Of a stretch of DNA of 64,000 nucleotides, positions 63,726 to 64,000 are shown in pieces. The notes beneath the pieces were generated by a model that saw only the letters and a program-made list of their open reading frames with translations, was not told the origin of the DNA and made no database searches. Within the stretch, counting starts at the first letter, position 1, and every line of letters starts with the position of its first letter. The translations under genes were made by a program, and so were the position numbers. The stretch is from Chiloscyllium plagiosum (Eukaryota), in NCBI RefSeq assembly GCF_004010195.1, contig NC_057718.1:12318924-12382923 (forward strand). The letters run 5' to 3'.

Positions 63726-64000
63726 TATGGCGGTTTCCTGGCCTGACATGGCCCTCTACCGGCCTGGCGTGGTGCTCTCTCAGCCTAATGTGGCAAACTT
63801 TCAGTGGCCCATGGTGGTCTTTTGTCCTGAAAAAGTGGCTGCGAACTACTTTCCTACAGTCCATGTGCAGAAGGCTCTCCCACTGTAGAACAAAGACGCC
63901 AAGTACAGCTTTTTGGTGAGAATGGTGCTTACTGTCTGTTAAGGAAGTTAGCTTAGATGTGCCAAATTGGATTATGTAGACAGTCTGGAGGCTGGAAGAA

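Overview
Eukaryotic genomic DNA, almost certainly from a shark (elasmobranch), judged from HE1-type V-SINEs, HER1/CR1 LINEs and abundant Penelope-like elements (PLEs). It has three N-gaps. Two spliced genes sit head-to-head around a CpG-rich promoter at about 16.2-16.9 kb. DYNLT2/TCTE3 (Tctex1-type dynein light chain) is on the minus strand with 4 coding exons at 16159-6139, about 228 aa. ERMARD/C6orf70 is on the plus strand with 17 coding exons at 17336-51132, about 674 aa; all introns are GT-AG and frames join. Most of the rest is transposon-derived: CR1/HER1, RTE, PLE (RT plus GIY-YIG), V-SINE, DeuSINE-like and other tRNA SINEs, a Tigger/pogo-type MITE and a Gypsy remnant. The best leads are: (i) at least four families of minimal hammerhead ribozyme motifs with palindromic stem III, often in fold-back mini-elements; (ii) a 68-bp hairpin-forming E-box/GC-box minisatellite filling the bidirectional promoter; (iii) a copy of about 700 bp of an ERMARD intron segment that ends exactly at a CR1 3' end; (iv) a duplicated DYNLT2 C-terminal coding stretch that may be an alternative last exon; (v) an in-frame, stop-free 90-nt ERMARD intron encoding a hydrophobic segment; (vi) two intact HEPN-type RxxxxH motifs in ERMARD. 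Gene and family names come from recalled homology, not from searches. Repeat boundaries are approximate.
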